64,000 bases of DNA from an uncultured archaeon (GCA_963752955.1 CAVWAD010000002.1:8573-72572); one strand, 5' to 3'; counted from the first letter of the stretch, positions 10,225 through 19,988 are shown. Notes: generated by a model not told the origin, from the letters alone. Made by a program: numbers and translations.

Positions 10225-10650
10225 TTATTCGGACACCGTGAACCTATTTTCTAGGTAACAGTTAATCAGATTTTTCGCAGGGGGAAACAGGTTTTGTGGT
10301 ATCTCATTCTTGGAGAACCACTTCCATTCGCTCCAGTCCTCTGGAATCAGATTTTGGGGCTCACCCTCGATCTCAGCGATCACGCCTACGCCTACGTAGT
10401 GGTTGCCCAGGGCGTAATTCGCGTTAACGCAGATAACTTTCTGTTTTGTCACGCCGCAATCTAATTCCTCCCTGATGTCCCTTCTGACGGCGTCGGATAT
10501 TCTCTCTCCGAACCTGATGTCTCTTCCCGGGACGCCCCAGACTAGTTTTCCTTGGTACTTCCATCGCTCCGTCAGCAGCCCAAGCAGTATTTTGCCGTCC
10601 CTGACCACCAGGATATCTACATTTGCCTTTGGGTTCTTGCCATTTTCCAT
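10225..10650 (-). CDS. NUDIX hydrolase
   Basis: The Nudix box reads PGRDIRFGERISDAVRRDIREELD. The ATG at 10650 (MENGK) is preferred. Confidence 0.8.
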   Translation of the reverse strand: MENGKNPKANVDILVVRDGKILLGLLTERWKYQGKLVWGVPGRDIRFGERISDAVRRDIREELDCGVTKQKVICVNANYALGNHYVGVGVIAEIEGEPQNLIPEDWSEWKWFSKNEIPQNLFPPAKNLINCYLENRFTVSE

Positions 10651-10685
10651 CAGGATACCTTGTGTTTTAATTAGCACGAAAGAGT

Positions 10686-11369
10686 TTAGGCAAGGGCCGG
10701 ATCGCGTTCTGCGAACAGCCAGGATCCAAACGGGCCTGATTTTGATTCGTAAGGTTCAAGCCGATTCTGGATCTCTGTTATCTCTTTGGCCTGTTTGCCG
10801 CCCGGATAAAAGTGGGCCAGCGCATTCCATGCATCGCCTATTATTATCAGGGACTGGGTCACGACCTCCTTTTCGTTGGGTATCTCTCCCTTGGCTCCAG
10901 CCGCCCAGACCGTCAGTTTCGCCGTCCCGTAGGCAGCGTCGGCCGCCAGTTCCATCCCTATCGCGGACATCGAGTTCTGAGAGTTGCAGTCCCTTTTCGC
11001 CGGGGACAGCGCGGCCTTGGACCTGACAATCTTGGCCTTCTTGGCGGCCGTCTCTGCATTGAGTATGTTTTCAGCGGTGGGATCTTCCGCGCAGGCCCTC
11101 GCCGCATTTATCGCTTTAATCAGGGGATCCTTGTCGAGATATAGAGGGTGCATCTCGTTGCTGACGACGAACGAGCTCATGGCGGAGAGGCCGGGACGCA
11201 GTATGTCTCCGGTGAGCCTGCAGTAGTTGTTGAGTATGTGCAGGCTCTTCTCTGCGGCGTCGCACGCCGTCAGTACAGCCAGCTTCCTGACGTCCACATC
11301 CGTCCTTTCCGCCAAACTGATGGTGGGCTTCTTGCTCTCAATTTCCAGGGGTATCCAGCCCTCTTTCAT
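10686..11369 (-). CDS. hypothetical protein (227 aa, alpha-helical look)
   Basis: This is a long ORF with coding-like composition. No family was recognised. Confidence 0.5.
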   Translation of the reverse strand: MKEGWIPLEIESKKPTISLAERTDVDVRKLAVLTACDAAEKSLHILNNYCRLTGDILRPGLSAMSSFVVSNEMHPLYLDKDPLIKAINAARACAEDPTAENILNAETAAKKAKIVRSKAALSPAKRDCNSQNSMSAIGMELAADAAYGTAKLTVWAAGAKGEIPNEKEVVTQSLIIIGDAWNALAHFYPGGKQAKEITEIQNRLEPYESKSGPFGSWLFAERDPALA

Positions 11370-11450
11370 GCGCTCACATAAGGGGGTTGCCTTTCCTCAT
11401 TTATAAACTTAATCTGTGTTCTGCGATGCCGCGGTGCATGCCTCAGGCGT

Positions 11451-11477
11451 AGGGGGAGAGATTTGAACTCTTGCACC
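11451..11477. repeat. partial copy of the tRNA-Leu 3' end (attR-like)
   Basis: AGGGGGAGAGATTTGAACTCTTGCACC matches 12200-12226 inside tRNA-Leu at 26/27 positions. Confidence 0.9.
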
Positions 11478-11478
11478 G

Positions 11479-11910
11479 CTACACGAAGTCCCTGATGTGA
11501 ATTACCCGCGGCAATTTTGCCGACCTTATCAGTTTTTCGTCCGCGGTGTACAGCTCGGAATCGGTATTGATTGCCAGGGCCACATATGCCGCATCGTAGA
11601 ATGAGATGCTATGCTTTGCTGCGACATCGATGGTTCGCTCCATCAGACCCGCATCCAAATCGAACACTGCGAAGTTATAGTTCTCCAGCGCATTCGCTAT
11701 CACTTTCAGTTCTTCGACGGTGAATCTCCTCGCCTTCGAATAGCGCATGGCGTTCATCACCTCGTAGAACAGGAGGGAAGGCTCGCTGAGGCTTATATTT
11801 CCCGAGATGAGCGAGTCCCTGAGCCGGTGCGCCGCCTCCGAGTGCACTTCGTTAACGAAGAACTTCGCTATGACGCTGGCGTCAGCCACTACCCTCTCCA
11901 TATCGCTCAT
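11479..11910 (-). CDS. vapC: PIN-domain toxin (VapC-like)
   Basis: The VVADASVIAKFF start carries the first acidic PIN residue. The protein is 143 aa and overlaps the upstream antitoxin ORF. Confidence 0.8.
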   Translation of the reverse strand: MSDMERVVADASVIAKFFVNEVHSEAAHRLRDSLISGNISLSEPSLLFYEVMNAMRYSKARRFTVEELKVIANALENYNFAVFDLDAGLMERTIDVAAKHSISFYDAAYVALAINTDSELYTADEKLIRSAKLPRVIHIRDFV

Positions 11911-12130
11911 CCCTGAACTTCCTTATGGTAGAAGCGATGTCGCTCTTATGCTTCTTCTGCGAGTTGAATATCTTGTCGGTCAACGCGACGGCAAGGGCAA
12001 GGTTCCTCTGCTCATTTATCTTCTCCTTTATGAATTCCCTGATCTCCGCCGACCAGTTTATGTTGGCCCTCTTCATGCTGGCCTTGGTGGCCTTATCGAC
12101 CTTGACCAGGATCTGTTCCGCGTTCGCCAT
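11882..12130 (-). CDS. vapB: VapB-type antitoxin
   Basis: This 82-aa ORF overlaps the vapC start by 29 nt and has a charged N-terminal putative DNA-binding region. Confidence 0.6.
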   Translation of the reverse strand: MANAEQILVKVDKATKASMKRANINWSAEIREFIKEKINEQRNLALAVALTDKIFNSQKKHKSDIASTIRKFRDERYGEGSG

Positions 12131-12196
12131 GAACTCACTTTATATACTGTATATACTATATAGATATAAAAGGATTGCGTTTTTCATACGCCGTCG

Positions 12197-12282
12197 TGCA
12201 GGGGGAGAGATTTGAACTCTCGCACCCACAAAGGGAACGGGTCCTAAGCCCGTCGCATTTGGCCAAGCTCTGCCACCCCTGC
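12197..12282 (-). tRNA. tRNA-Leu (anticodon UAG)
   Basis: The hand-folded cloverleaf has acceptor GCAGGGG/CCCCTGC, anticodon stem ACGGG/CCCGT, loop CTTAGGA, a long variable arm and T-arm GAGAG-TTCAAAT-CTCTC. Confidence 0.9.
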
Positions 12283-12342
12283 ACAGAATAGAGTAGGGCA
12301 CACAGCATTTATATTGTTTCATTGAGAGTTATCCTTGATCTC

Positions 12343-13641
12343 ATGTTGACACCCAGGTACGTCAGGGACAACCTCGACGCCATAAGGCAGTCCCTCGCGA
12401 GGAGGAAGAGCGATTATCCAATCGACGAGCTCGTTGACCTGGAGGAGCAGACGAGAAAGACTGGCACGGAGCTCCAGGAGCTCAGGGCGAAGCGGAACAA
12501 AGGCACGATGCAGATCTCGGAGGCGAAGAAGCAGGGAAGGCCCCTCGATGACAAGCTCATTACGGAGCTAGCGGAGCTGAAGAAGAGGATAGACGAGCTG
12601 GAGAGCACGCTCCCGAAGTCCATGGAGAGGCTGGACTTCCTTCTGTGGAACCTGCCCAACATCCTGCACGAGTCGGTGCCGTACGGCAGGGACGACACCG
12701 AGAACGCGGAGATAAGGAAGTGGGGCGAGCCGAGGAAGAGGCAGATCCCGGGCCACGCGGAGATACTAGAGAAGCTGGGCCTGCTCGACATCGAGCAGGC
12801 GTCGAAGGTCGCCGGGGCGAGGTTCTTCTACCTCAAGGGCGACCTTGCGCTGCTGGAGCAGTCGCTGATAAGGTTCGCGATAGACGAGCTCAACAGGAAG
12901 GGATTCACGCTGGTGGCCCCCCCGTTGATGATGAGGCGGGAGTACTACAGGGGGGTGACCGCCTTGGGCGACTTCGAGGAGGCGCTCTACGGCTCCGCCG
13001 ATACCAGCGAGGCCAGGGCGAAGAAGGAACTGGAGCACACCGACGAGACCCTCTTCATAGTCTCCACCTCGGAGCACCCGCTGGCCGCGATGTGCGCCAA
13101 CAAGGTGTTCGGCGCCAAGGAACTGCCCGCGAAGTACATGGGTTGGAGCCCCTGCTTCAGGAGGGAGGCGGGCGCTCACGGCAAGGACACGAAGGGCATA
13201 TTCAGGGTCCACCAGTTCTACAAGGTGGAGCAGTTCGTCTTCTCCAGGCCGGAGGACTCGTGGAGGATAGTCGAGGAGCTCATCGGGAACGCCGAGGGGC
13301 TCTTCCAGAAACTGAAGATACCCTATCGCGTCGTAAACATCTGCACCGGGGACATCGGAGTGGTCGCGGCGAAGAAGTACGACCTCGAGGCGTACCTGCC
13401 AGGGCAGGACGCGTACAGGGAGATGGTGTCGTGCTCCAACTGCACGGACTGGCAGTCTCTCAGGCTCAACATCAAGTACGACGAGAAGGGCGAGAGGAAC
13501 TACGTGCACACGCTCAACTCGACGGCGATAGCCACGAACAGGACCATAGTCGCGATAGTCGAGAACTACTACAACGAGGACGGCACCATAACCGTGCCGG
13601 AAGCGCTCGTGCCCTACATGGGCAAGAGCAGGATAGGCTGA
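12343..13641 (+). CDS. serS: seryl-tRNA synthetase
   Basis: An N-terminal coiled-coil arm is followed by class II motifs (FRREAG.., RVHQFYKVEQF, GDIGVVAAKKYDLE, NSTAIAT). The ATG at 12343 is preferred. Confidence 0.9.
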   Translation: MLTPRYVRDNLDAIRQSLARRKSDYPIDELVDLEEQTRKTGTELQELRAKRNKGTMQISEAKKQGRPLDDKLITELAELKKRIDELESTLPKSMERLDFLLWNLPNILHESVPYGRDDTENAEIRKWGEPRKRQIPGHAEILEKLGLLDIEQASKVAGARFFYLKGDLALLEQSLIRFAIDELNRKGFTLVAPPLMMRREYYRGVTALGDFEEALYGSADTSEARAKKELEHTDETLFIVSTSEHPLAAMCANKVFGAKELPAKYMGWSPCFRREAGAHGKDTKGIFRVHQFYKVEQFVFSRPEDSWRIVEELIGNAEGLFQKLKIPYRVVNICTGDIGVVAAKKYDLEAYLPGQDAYREMVSCSNCTDWQSLRLNIKYDEKGERNYVHTLNSTAIATNRTIVAIVENYYNEDGTITVPEALVPYMGKSRIG

Positions 13642-13661
13642 TGGAGGAAATGTGATCTCTG

Positions 13662-16600
13662 ATGCTTGACCTTAACAAGAGCGAGGAAGAGGTGCTGCGG
13701 TACTGGAAGGAGCACGACATAGTTGCCAAGGTCAGAGCCAAGAACGCGGGCAAAAAACCGTTCTACTTCCTCGACGGGCCGCCCTTCGTGACCGGCGACC
13801 TGCACCTGGGCCAGGTGTGGACCAAGTCCTTCAAGGACCTGATAGTCCGCTACAAGCGGAGCAGGGGCTTCGACGTCGTCGACAGGGCGGGGTACGACAC
13901 GCAGGGCCTGCCCGCGGAGAACCTCGTGGAGAAGAGGCTCGGCATAAAATCCAAGAAGGAGATCGAGGAGGTGGTCGGCATCGAGAACTTCATCAAGGGC
14001 TGCAGGGAGCTGATAGACCACTACATAAGCAGGTGGGAGAACGACTTCGAGAGGTTCGGCGTCTCGCTCGACTTCAGCAGGCCCTACCTGCCGCACACCA
14101 ACGAGTACATGGAGGGGGAGTGGGCGCTGTTCAAGACCATAGACCAGAAAGGTTACCTCTACCAGGGCAAGAAGACAACGGCGTACTGCCCGCACTGCGA
14201 GTGCGTGGTCTCGCAGGGGAGCATGGAGGTCGAGCACTCCGAGGAGAAGGACCCGTCCATCTTCGTTACGTTCAAGGTAGACAGGGCGGGGTCGAAGGGC
14301 GCGAAACTGCCTCTGGAGGGAGACGCGTACCTCCTCGTGTGGACGACCACGCCGTGGACGCTGCCCGCGAACTTGGCCATCGCGATGGCCCCGGAGACGA
14401 TGTACGTGGTCGCCAGGATCGGCGGAAAGAACATGATACTCGCAAAGGCAAGGCTGGACCACGTCTCCGCCCTGCTGAAGGAGAGCGCGGTGGTGCTGAA
14501 GGAGTTCTACGGAAGCGAGCTGAAGGGCGTGCGCTATGTCAGCGCGCTGGAGGGCAAGGTCCCGAAGCAGAAGGAGCTGAGGGAGCACCACAGGATCCTC
14601 GCCGCGCCGGAGCTGGTCTCGAGCGAGGAGGGGACCGGGCTCGTGCACATCGCGCCGGGGCACGGACTTGAAGACTACAGTATGGGAATAAAGAACAAGC
14701 TGCCGATCTTCTGCCCGGTCGGGGCTGACGCTAAGTACACCGGGGACGCGGGCGCGTACTCCGGGATAAGGGTGCCGGCGGACGCCAACGCCGCGGTGCT
14801 GTCGGACCTGAAGGCTCAGGGAGCGCTCGAGTACAGCGGCGAGGAGACGCACAGCTACCCTCACTGCTGGCGCTGCCACAGCAAGGTGATATTCATAGCC
14901 ACGCCGCAGTGGTTCCTCAACGTCCAGAAGATAAAGAGGAAGCTCCTCGCGATGAACGAGAGGATAGGATGGCACCCCGAGGAGGCCAGGGCTTGGGAGC
15001 GGGACCTGCTCACGAACTCGCCGGACTGGTGCGTCTCGCGACAGAGGTACTGGGCGACGCCGATGCCGATCTGGATCTGCGGTAAGTGCAACGAGAGGAC
15101 GGTGATAGGCTCCAGGAGGGAGCTGGAGGAGAGAGCGGTCGACAAGGACTACGTGCGCGCCATGACCGACCTCCACAGGCCCCACATAGACAAGGTGGTG
15201 CTGAGGTGCGGCAGCTGCGGAGGCGAGAGCAGGAGGATAAAGGACGTGCTCGACGTGTGGTTCGATTCGGGCATGTCGTTCAGGCTCGGGGTCACGGAGG
15301 AGCAGTTCGAGAGGCTGTTCCCCGTCGATTTCATAGTGGAGTACGTGGAGCAGACGCGCGCGTGGTTCAGCGTCCTCCTGAAGTGCGGCGCGTTCGCCTA
15401 CGGCAGGAGCCCGGTCAGGGACATCGCAGTGCACGGCATACTTCTGGGCTCCGACGGGAAGAAGATCAGCAAGAGCCTGGGCAACTTCGTGCCGGTGAAC
15501 GAGCTGGTAAAACACATGAGCGCAGACTCGGTAAGGCTGTGGTTCCTGGGCCGCAACCAGATAGACAACCTGAACCTGAACGAGCAGGAGATCAGGGACA
15601 ACGACAAGATCGTCATGCTGCTCCACAATGTCGCGAACCTCGTCAAGGAGTACTCCGACGCGATGGAGTACGTTCCGAGGCTCAAGGTGCCGAGGGCGGG
15701 CCTGGAGAGCGAAGAGGCGTGGCTGCTCTCCCGATACGCGACGACTCTCGGCAAGGTGACCGCGAGCCTCGACGCCTACGAGCCGTGCGGTGCGGTCGAC
15801 GCGGTCAGGCGTTTCGTCGTGGAAGACCTGAGCAGGTTCTACCTAAAGGCCGCGAAGAAGAAGATCACCGGCGATAACAGGAAGCGTGCAAGATCGGCGT
15901 TAAACGTGATAAACTACGTGCTGTTCAACACCCTGATAATGATTGCGCCGATGGCCCCGTTCGTGGCGGAGGGCGTCTACCAGGAAAGATACAAGCTCAA
16001 GGAAAGCGTCTTCCTTGAGGACTGGCCCAAGGCCAAGAAAGGCGCGGTCGACGCCCGGCTCGAGGAGGAGTTCGTCGTCGCGCAGGAGGCCATAACCTCG
16101 CTGCTGAACAGCAGGGAGAAGGCCAACGTGAAGCTCAGGTGGCCGATCGCGAACGCCACGGTCGAGGTCAACGACGACGCCGTGGAGGGCGCGCTGCTCC
16201 GGCTGACCCCGATGGTCGAGGACTTCGTAAACGCGAAGCACCTCGCAGTCAGGAGGGTGGAGGGATTCGGGAGGGAGATAAGACCGGTATTCACCAGGAT
16301 AGGCCCCGCGTTCAAGGCGGACGCGCCGGCGGTCGCCGAGGCGCTGAAGAAGGAGGACGCTGACAAGGTGGAGAACGCGGTCGCGCAGAGCGGCCATTAC
16401 TCGCTGCACACCGACCGCGGCCTGTTCGACATAAAGGCGGAGCACTTCGCGGTCGTGGAGAGGCTGGAGAACCCCAACGCGATCCCGTTCAGGCACGGCA
16501 TGGCCTACGTGGACAAGGAGATCAGCGAGGAGCTCAGGGAGGAGGCGATGGTCAGGGAGTTCGAGCGGAGGGTCCAGATGGCGAGGAAGGAGGCGATGCT

Positions 16601-16799
16601 CAAGAAGGCGGACAGGATAGCGCTGTTCTACGAGGCGGGCCCGCGGCTGGCCGCGATAATAAAGAAGAACTCCAGGGAGATAAGGAAATATGTCGGCGCC
16701 AAGGAGATGCGCGACTCCATACTGGACTCTGCCAAGGCCAAGGAGCTCGAGATCGCCGAGGAGAAGATAAGACTTGAGATAGAGCCGCTGCCGAAGTAG
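13662..16799 (+). CDS. ileS: isoleucyl-tRNA synthetase
   Basis: The 1045-aa class I enzyme has WCVSRQRYWATPMPIW, a KISKS (KMSKS) motif and CP1 editing-domain colinearity. The HIGH region reads GDLHLGQV. Confidence 0.9.
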   Translation: MLDLNKSEEEVLRYWKEHDIVAKVRAKNAGKKPFYFLDGPPFVTGDLHLGQVWTKSFKDLIVRYKRSRGFDVVDRAGYDTQGLPAENLVEKRLGIKSKKEIEEVVGIENFIKGCRELIDHYISRWENDFERFGVSLDFSRPYLPHTNEYMEGEWALFKTIDQKGYLYQGKKTTAYCPHCECVVSQGSMEVEHSEEKDPSIFVTFKVDRAGSKGAKLPLEGDAYLLVWTTTPWTLPANLAIAMAPETMYVVARIGGKNMILAKARLDHVSALLKESAVVLKEFYGSELKGVRYVSALEGKVPKQKELREHHRILAAPELVSSEEGTGLVHIAPGHGLEDYSMGIKNKLPIFCPVGADAKYTGDAGAYSGIRVPADANAAVLSDLKAQGALEYSGEETHSYPHCWRCHSKVIFIATPQWFLNVQKIKRKLLAMNERIGWHPEEARAWERDLLTNSPDWCVSRQRYWATPMPIWICGKCNERTVIGSRRELEERAVDKDYVRAMTDLHRPHIDKVVLRCGSCGGESRRIKDVLDVWFDSGMSFRLGVTEEQFERLFPVDFIVEYVEQTRAWFSVLLKCGAFAYGRSPVRDIAVHGILLGSDGKKISKSLGNFVPVNELVKHMSADSVRLWFLGRNQIDNLNLNEQEIRDNDKIVMLLHNVANLVKEYSDAMEYVPRLKVPRAGLESEEAWLLSRYATTLGKVTASLDAYEPCGAVDAVRRFVVEDLSRFYLKAAKKKITGDNRKRARSALNVINYVLFNTLIMIAPMAPFVAEGVYQERYKLKESVFLEDWPKAKKGAVDARLEEEFVVAQEAITSLLNSREKANVKLRWPIANATVEVNDDAVEGALLRLTPMVEDFVNAKHLAVRRVEGFGREIRPVFTRIGPAFKADAPAVAEALKKEDADKVENAVAQSGHYSLHTDRGLFDIKAEHFAVVERLENPNAIPFRHGMAYVDKEISEELREEAMVREFERRVQMARKEAMLKKADRIALFYEAGPRLAAIIKKNSREIRKYVGAKEMRDSILDSAKAKELEIAEEKIRLEIEPLPK

Positions 16800-16881
16800 A
16801 AACTATGAGCAGAAAGAACGGGTTCGACGTCGTCAGGGAAGCACACTCTTCAGTGAACTTGCCACGACGAAACCGATGGCA

Positions 16882-17139
16882 CTACTTGCGAACTTTTGTC
16901 AGTGCCTTGACTTCCTTTGGCACCTCTACACCAGGAAGGAGGGCCAACACTGCCTGCTGAGTTAGCTCTTCTTTCTTGACTTTGGCGTTCGCGGCTTTCA
17001 GGGCGCAATCCCGATTGACCTGTATGACGCAGACCGCGCGATCCAACTCTGGAGCAATGCTTTCCCTCAGGATTCCGGCATCGAGCAGCTCTCTCCTCAA
17101 TAACGCGTCCGTTCTCGCTCTCTGAATGCGCCGTTCTAT
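16882..17139 (-). CDS. hypothetical ORF open up to the IS boundary (possibly the 3' part of an IS-disrupted gene)
   Basis: The reading frame IERRIQRARTDALLRRELLDAG...TKVRK has no stop between 17139 and 16882. The track lists it from 17100. Confidence 0.3.
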   Translation of the reverse strand: MERRIQRARTDALLRRELLDAGILRESIAPELDRAVCVIQVNRDCALKAANAKVKKEELTQQAVLALLPGVEVPKEVKALTKVRK

Positions 17140-18660
17140 CTTGACTTCGCCAAATAGGCCGCGAAGTGTCTGACAGTTGCCTCCAACTCAATTCGCCAAA
17201 ACGGTTCCTACCAGCGCAGATTGAGGTTTTTCGTACCATATCTGCGCAGGAAACTGCCGAAAATCTCCGAAATCGGGGGAGAAATGTTGCTCACTACCGT
17301 GAATTTGAACCTTCCGGGAGGGTAAACGAAGGTCGCTGTCAAATTCGTCAGGTATTTTTTGAGGAGCTTTACGTTCTTGACGAGGGGATTCTTGCATGAA
17401 AGCAGTGTCAAACTTATCAGGGATTCCGCGAGGAATGCGATCAGGATTGCGCCGATTATTGCATATTTCGTCCAGTGCCTGACAGGCCTCAGTTCGATCC
17501 CTTCCTTCATGTTGCGCACGAGTTTCTCCGCGGCATCCCTTTGCTTGTATATCCTCAGGATATCATCGGGACTCGCTTTCACCGTGCTCTCGAGGATAAA
17601 GAACCCCTCTATCCCGTTTATGTAGGGGTTCTCGACGCATCCCAGTGCGGTCTGGAGTTCCGGGTAGAGTTCGACCCATCCCCTCTCGCAGGGGTAAGTC
17701 TCCACCGCCTTGTGTTTTCCCGCTTTCTTCGCGAGTTTGTTACCCATCTTCTTTCGCCTTTCGAACTTCCTGTTCTTGTTGCGTATCTGCGTCTCGAGAA
17801 GCGTCTTCGAGAAGTAGATGTATTGGAATTCGCCGTTCTCTTCCACCACTGCCGCAAAGTAGGTGTTGTCGCCGATTTTTATCGTCGATTTCTCCGCGGA
17901 CTTGAACATGGCGATATATTTCCTATAGTTCTTGACGTTCTTCTGCTTCAGGGTCAGGTAGTTGAACCTGTCATGGACTATCATCTCCTTGTTACCTTTC
18001 GTGTTCGCGCCGCAGTCGAATATCAATAGGGAATCCTTCTGCAGTATCCTCTTGACGACGTTGTACGTCTCGACAAAATGCTTCTTGTCCAGGACGTTCC
18101 CCTTCTGAATCGTCAGTGCAGTAGGGATTCCATTGATTCCCGTCGCTATCCCGAAGGTCACCTGCTTCTTGTCGGGGCGGTGGTCCCTGGAGTAACCCAG
18201 TGCGCCCATCTCGGCCTTATTCCCCTCGAAATATATCGACGACCAGTCTATGTTCTGGTCCTTGTCTGCGAGATCCCTCGTGTTGAGGAAGTTCTGATAC
18301 CTTTCTACTATCGCCGCCGAGAGCAGCCCCACTTTCTCGACGGTTCTGTACAGCGACCTCTCCGAGGCGCCCTCTGCGCCGAGAAGCGCACAGGTGTCTT
18401 CAGAGGAGGTGGGAATTACCTGGTGTATCGACGTCGCGAAAGTCAGGCGGTTGTTGAGGAGCAGTTTCAACCGCCCGACGTATGCGGGACTCATGATCCC
18501 TCCGAAGACCGAGGAGAGCAGACCGAAATCATTTTCTATCTTGTCGATGATAGCTATACCGCCCAAGGGCGTAGTTGTGTTCTTCATCTTATCAATGAGA
18601 ATACTGCCCTTGGCATAAAAATAGTTTTCGTCAGTTTACGAGAGAAGTGGCGAAGTCAAG
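17140..18660 (-). mobile_element. IS1634-family (IS4 group) insertion sequence, copy A
   Basis: The 1521-bp element has 13-bp terminal inverted repeats CTTGACTTCGCCA/TGGCGAAGTCAAG. All six-frame ORFs are identical to those of copy B at 28233..29753. No flanking target duplication is visible (GTTCTAT versus TTGTAAA). Confidence 0.9.
17208..18587 (-). CDS. IS1634-family transposase
   Basis: The 459-aa protein has IDWSSIYFEG and GYSRDHRPDKKQ signatures typical of IS1634/IS4-group DDE transposases. Confidence 0.85.
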   Translation of the reverse strand: MKNTTTPLGGIAIIDKIENDFGLLSSVFGGIMSPAYVGRLKLLLNNRLTFATSIHQVIPTSSEDTCALLGAEGASERSLYRTVEKVGLLSAAIVERYQNFLNTRDLADKDQNIDWSSIYFEGNKAEMGALGYSRDHRPDKKQVTFGIATGINGIPTALTIQKGNVLDKKHFVETYNVVKRILQKDSLLIFDCGANTKGNKEMIVHDRFNYLTLKQKNVKNYRKYIAMFKSAEKSTIKIGDNTYFAAVVEENGEFQYIYFSKTLLETQIRNKNRKFERRKKMGNKLAKKAGKHKAVETYPCERGWVELYPELQTALGCVENPYINGIEGFFILESTVKASPDDILRIYKQRDAAEKLVRNMKEGIELRPVRHWTKYAIIGAILIAFLAESLISLTLLSCKNPLVKNVKLLKKYLTNLTATFVYPPGRFKFTVVSNISPPISEIFGSFLRRYGTKNLNLRW

Positions 18661-18938
18661 TTGTAAATCTTATTCAGCTCGGGCATTTTGATCAGCTTCA
18701 GGATTAATAACAGATAAAGGTCTTTAAAACTTGCTTCCGCGATAGAAGGTCCGGTTCGCGTATCCCGTCATGAAGAGTGGAACGCATTTGTAGATGCACA
18801 AGGATTAAAAGCCTTAAGCGCAGAAATTTACCTAGGCAAAGAATTGGATGGCCGACGCGACATCTTCGAGAATCAGCAACACGGATGCTGTTTATTGGAT
18901 TGAATAGTCAGTCAAGGGCCGTGAACTAGGGGTTAGCC

Positions 18939-19988
18939 GTGAAACGCGTAAGAGTCTGTCTCGTAGGCAATGAGGGAGAGTTTACGGCATCCAGCGGGCA
19001 GGGCGTGCAGAGGTACATGTACGAACTTGCAAGAAGGCTCGCGGCGAGCAAGGAAATTGATTTGCGCGTGAGAAAGTACAGGCCGCTGCCGTTCCTGTAT
19101 AACGGATTCACCCCCTACGTGAGGAGCATGTTCGACGGCTTCGGTTCTTACGATCTGGTTCACAGTCCCGACTTGCGACCCCTATCTAAGGTCGGTTACG
19201 GCAAGGCGCTGACTGTGACCACCGTGCACGATTTTCATGTTGTGACAATGCCCTCGCCCGAGGACCGTACCAGTCTCCGAAGGATCCTGGGGCTATACTT
19301 CGTCCTTCTTCCGGGAGTGAAAGAGGGATTGAATTCTGATTATCTCATTGCGGATTCCACCCAGACGCGGGACGAGGCGGCGGCCCTAGGATACGACCGA
19401 AAGAAAGTATACATAGCGAGCCTCGGGGTTGACGAGAGATTCCTAAGGGGACGCGGCGTAGCTAGAAAAGCGGCGCGCGGATTCAAGGTAGGCTACGTTG
19501 GCTCCCTCAGCAGCGCCAAGAACGTCGAGTTCGCGATAAAGTCGTTCAGGCACATCGGCGCAAAGGACGTATCCTTTGATCTTTGGGGGCTTGGATTGAC
19601 CGAAGACCTCAGGAATCTGGCAGGGGCAGACAAGCGAATAGGATTCAAGGGCTTTGCTCCCGAGAAGGATCTTATTTCGATATATGACTCGTTCGACTGT
19701 TTCGTCCACCCGACCTTCTATGAGGGTTTCGGACTGCCCATATTGGAGGCGCAAGCCAGGGGATTGCCCGTCATAATCTACAAAAAGGCGAAGATACCTG
19801 CGGAAGTAAGGAAGTTCTGCATCGAGGCTAAGGACGAGCGGCACATGGCGGAGCTCATTGAAAACATACGCAAAAACGGCTATCCGGAAAAAACAAGAAA
19901 AAAGGCAACCGCCTATGCAAGAAGCTTCACTTGGGACAGAACAGCACTGGAGACTGTGAGGGCGTACAGGAGCATGGTCAGGGAGTAG
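18939..19988 (+). CDS. glycosyltransferase family 4
   Basis: The C-terminal motif HPTFYEGFGLPILEAQARGLPVI (E-x7-E) indicates a GT-B fold. Confidence 0.85.
   Translation: MKRVRVCLVGNEGEFTASSGQGVQRYMYELARRLAASKEIDLRVRKYRPLPFLYNGFTPYVRSMFDGFGSYDLVHSPDLRPLSKVGYGKALTVTTVHDFHVVTMPSPEDRTSLRRILGLYFVLLPGVKEGLNSDYLIADSTQTRDEAAALGYDRKKVYIASLGVDERFLRGRGVARKAARGFKVGYVGSLSSAKNVEFAIKSFRHIGAKDVSFDLWGLGLTEDLRNLAGADKRIGFKGFAPEKDLISIYDSFDCFVHPTFYEGFGLPILEAQARGLPVIIYKKAKIPAEVRKFCIEAKDERHMAELIENIRKNGYPEKTRKKATAYARSFTWDRTALETVRAYRSMVRE

Noticed and set aside
12140-12322. 60-aa ORF
   Set aside because: It overlaps the tRNA-Leu gene entirely.
13614-15626. 670-aa ORF antisense to ileS, and similar long antisense or out-of-frame ORFs (5644..6414, 6624..7139, 12645..13655, 43496..45016, 54681..55853)
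   Set aside because: Their R/P/A/G/H/V-rich composition is typical of non-coding frames in GC-rich DNA. Each overlaps a gene with clear family motifs on the other strand or frame.
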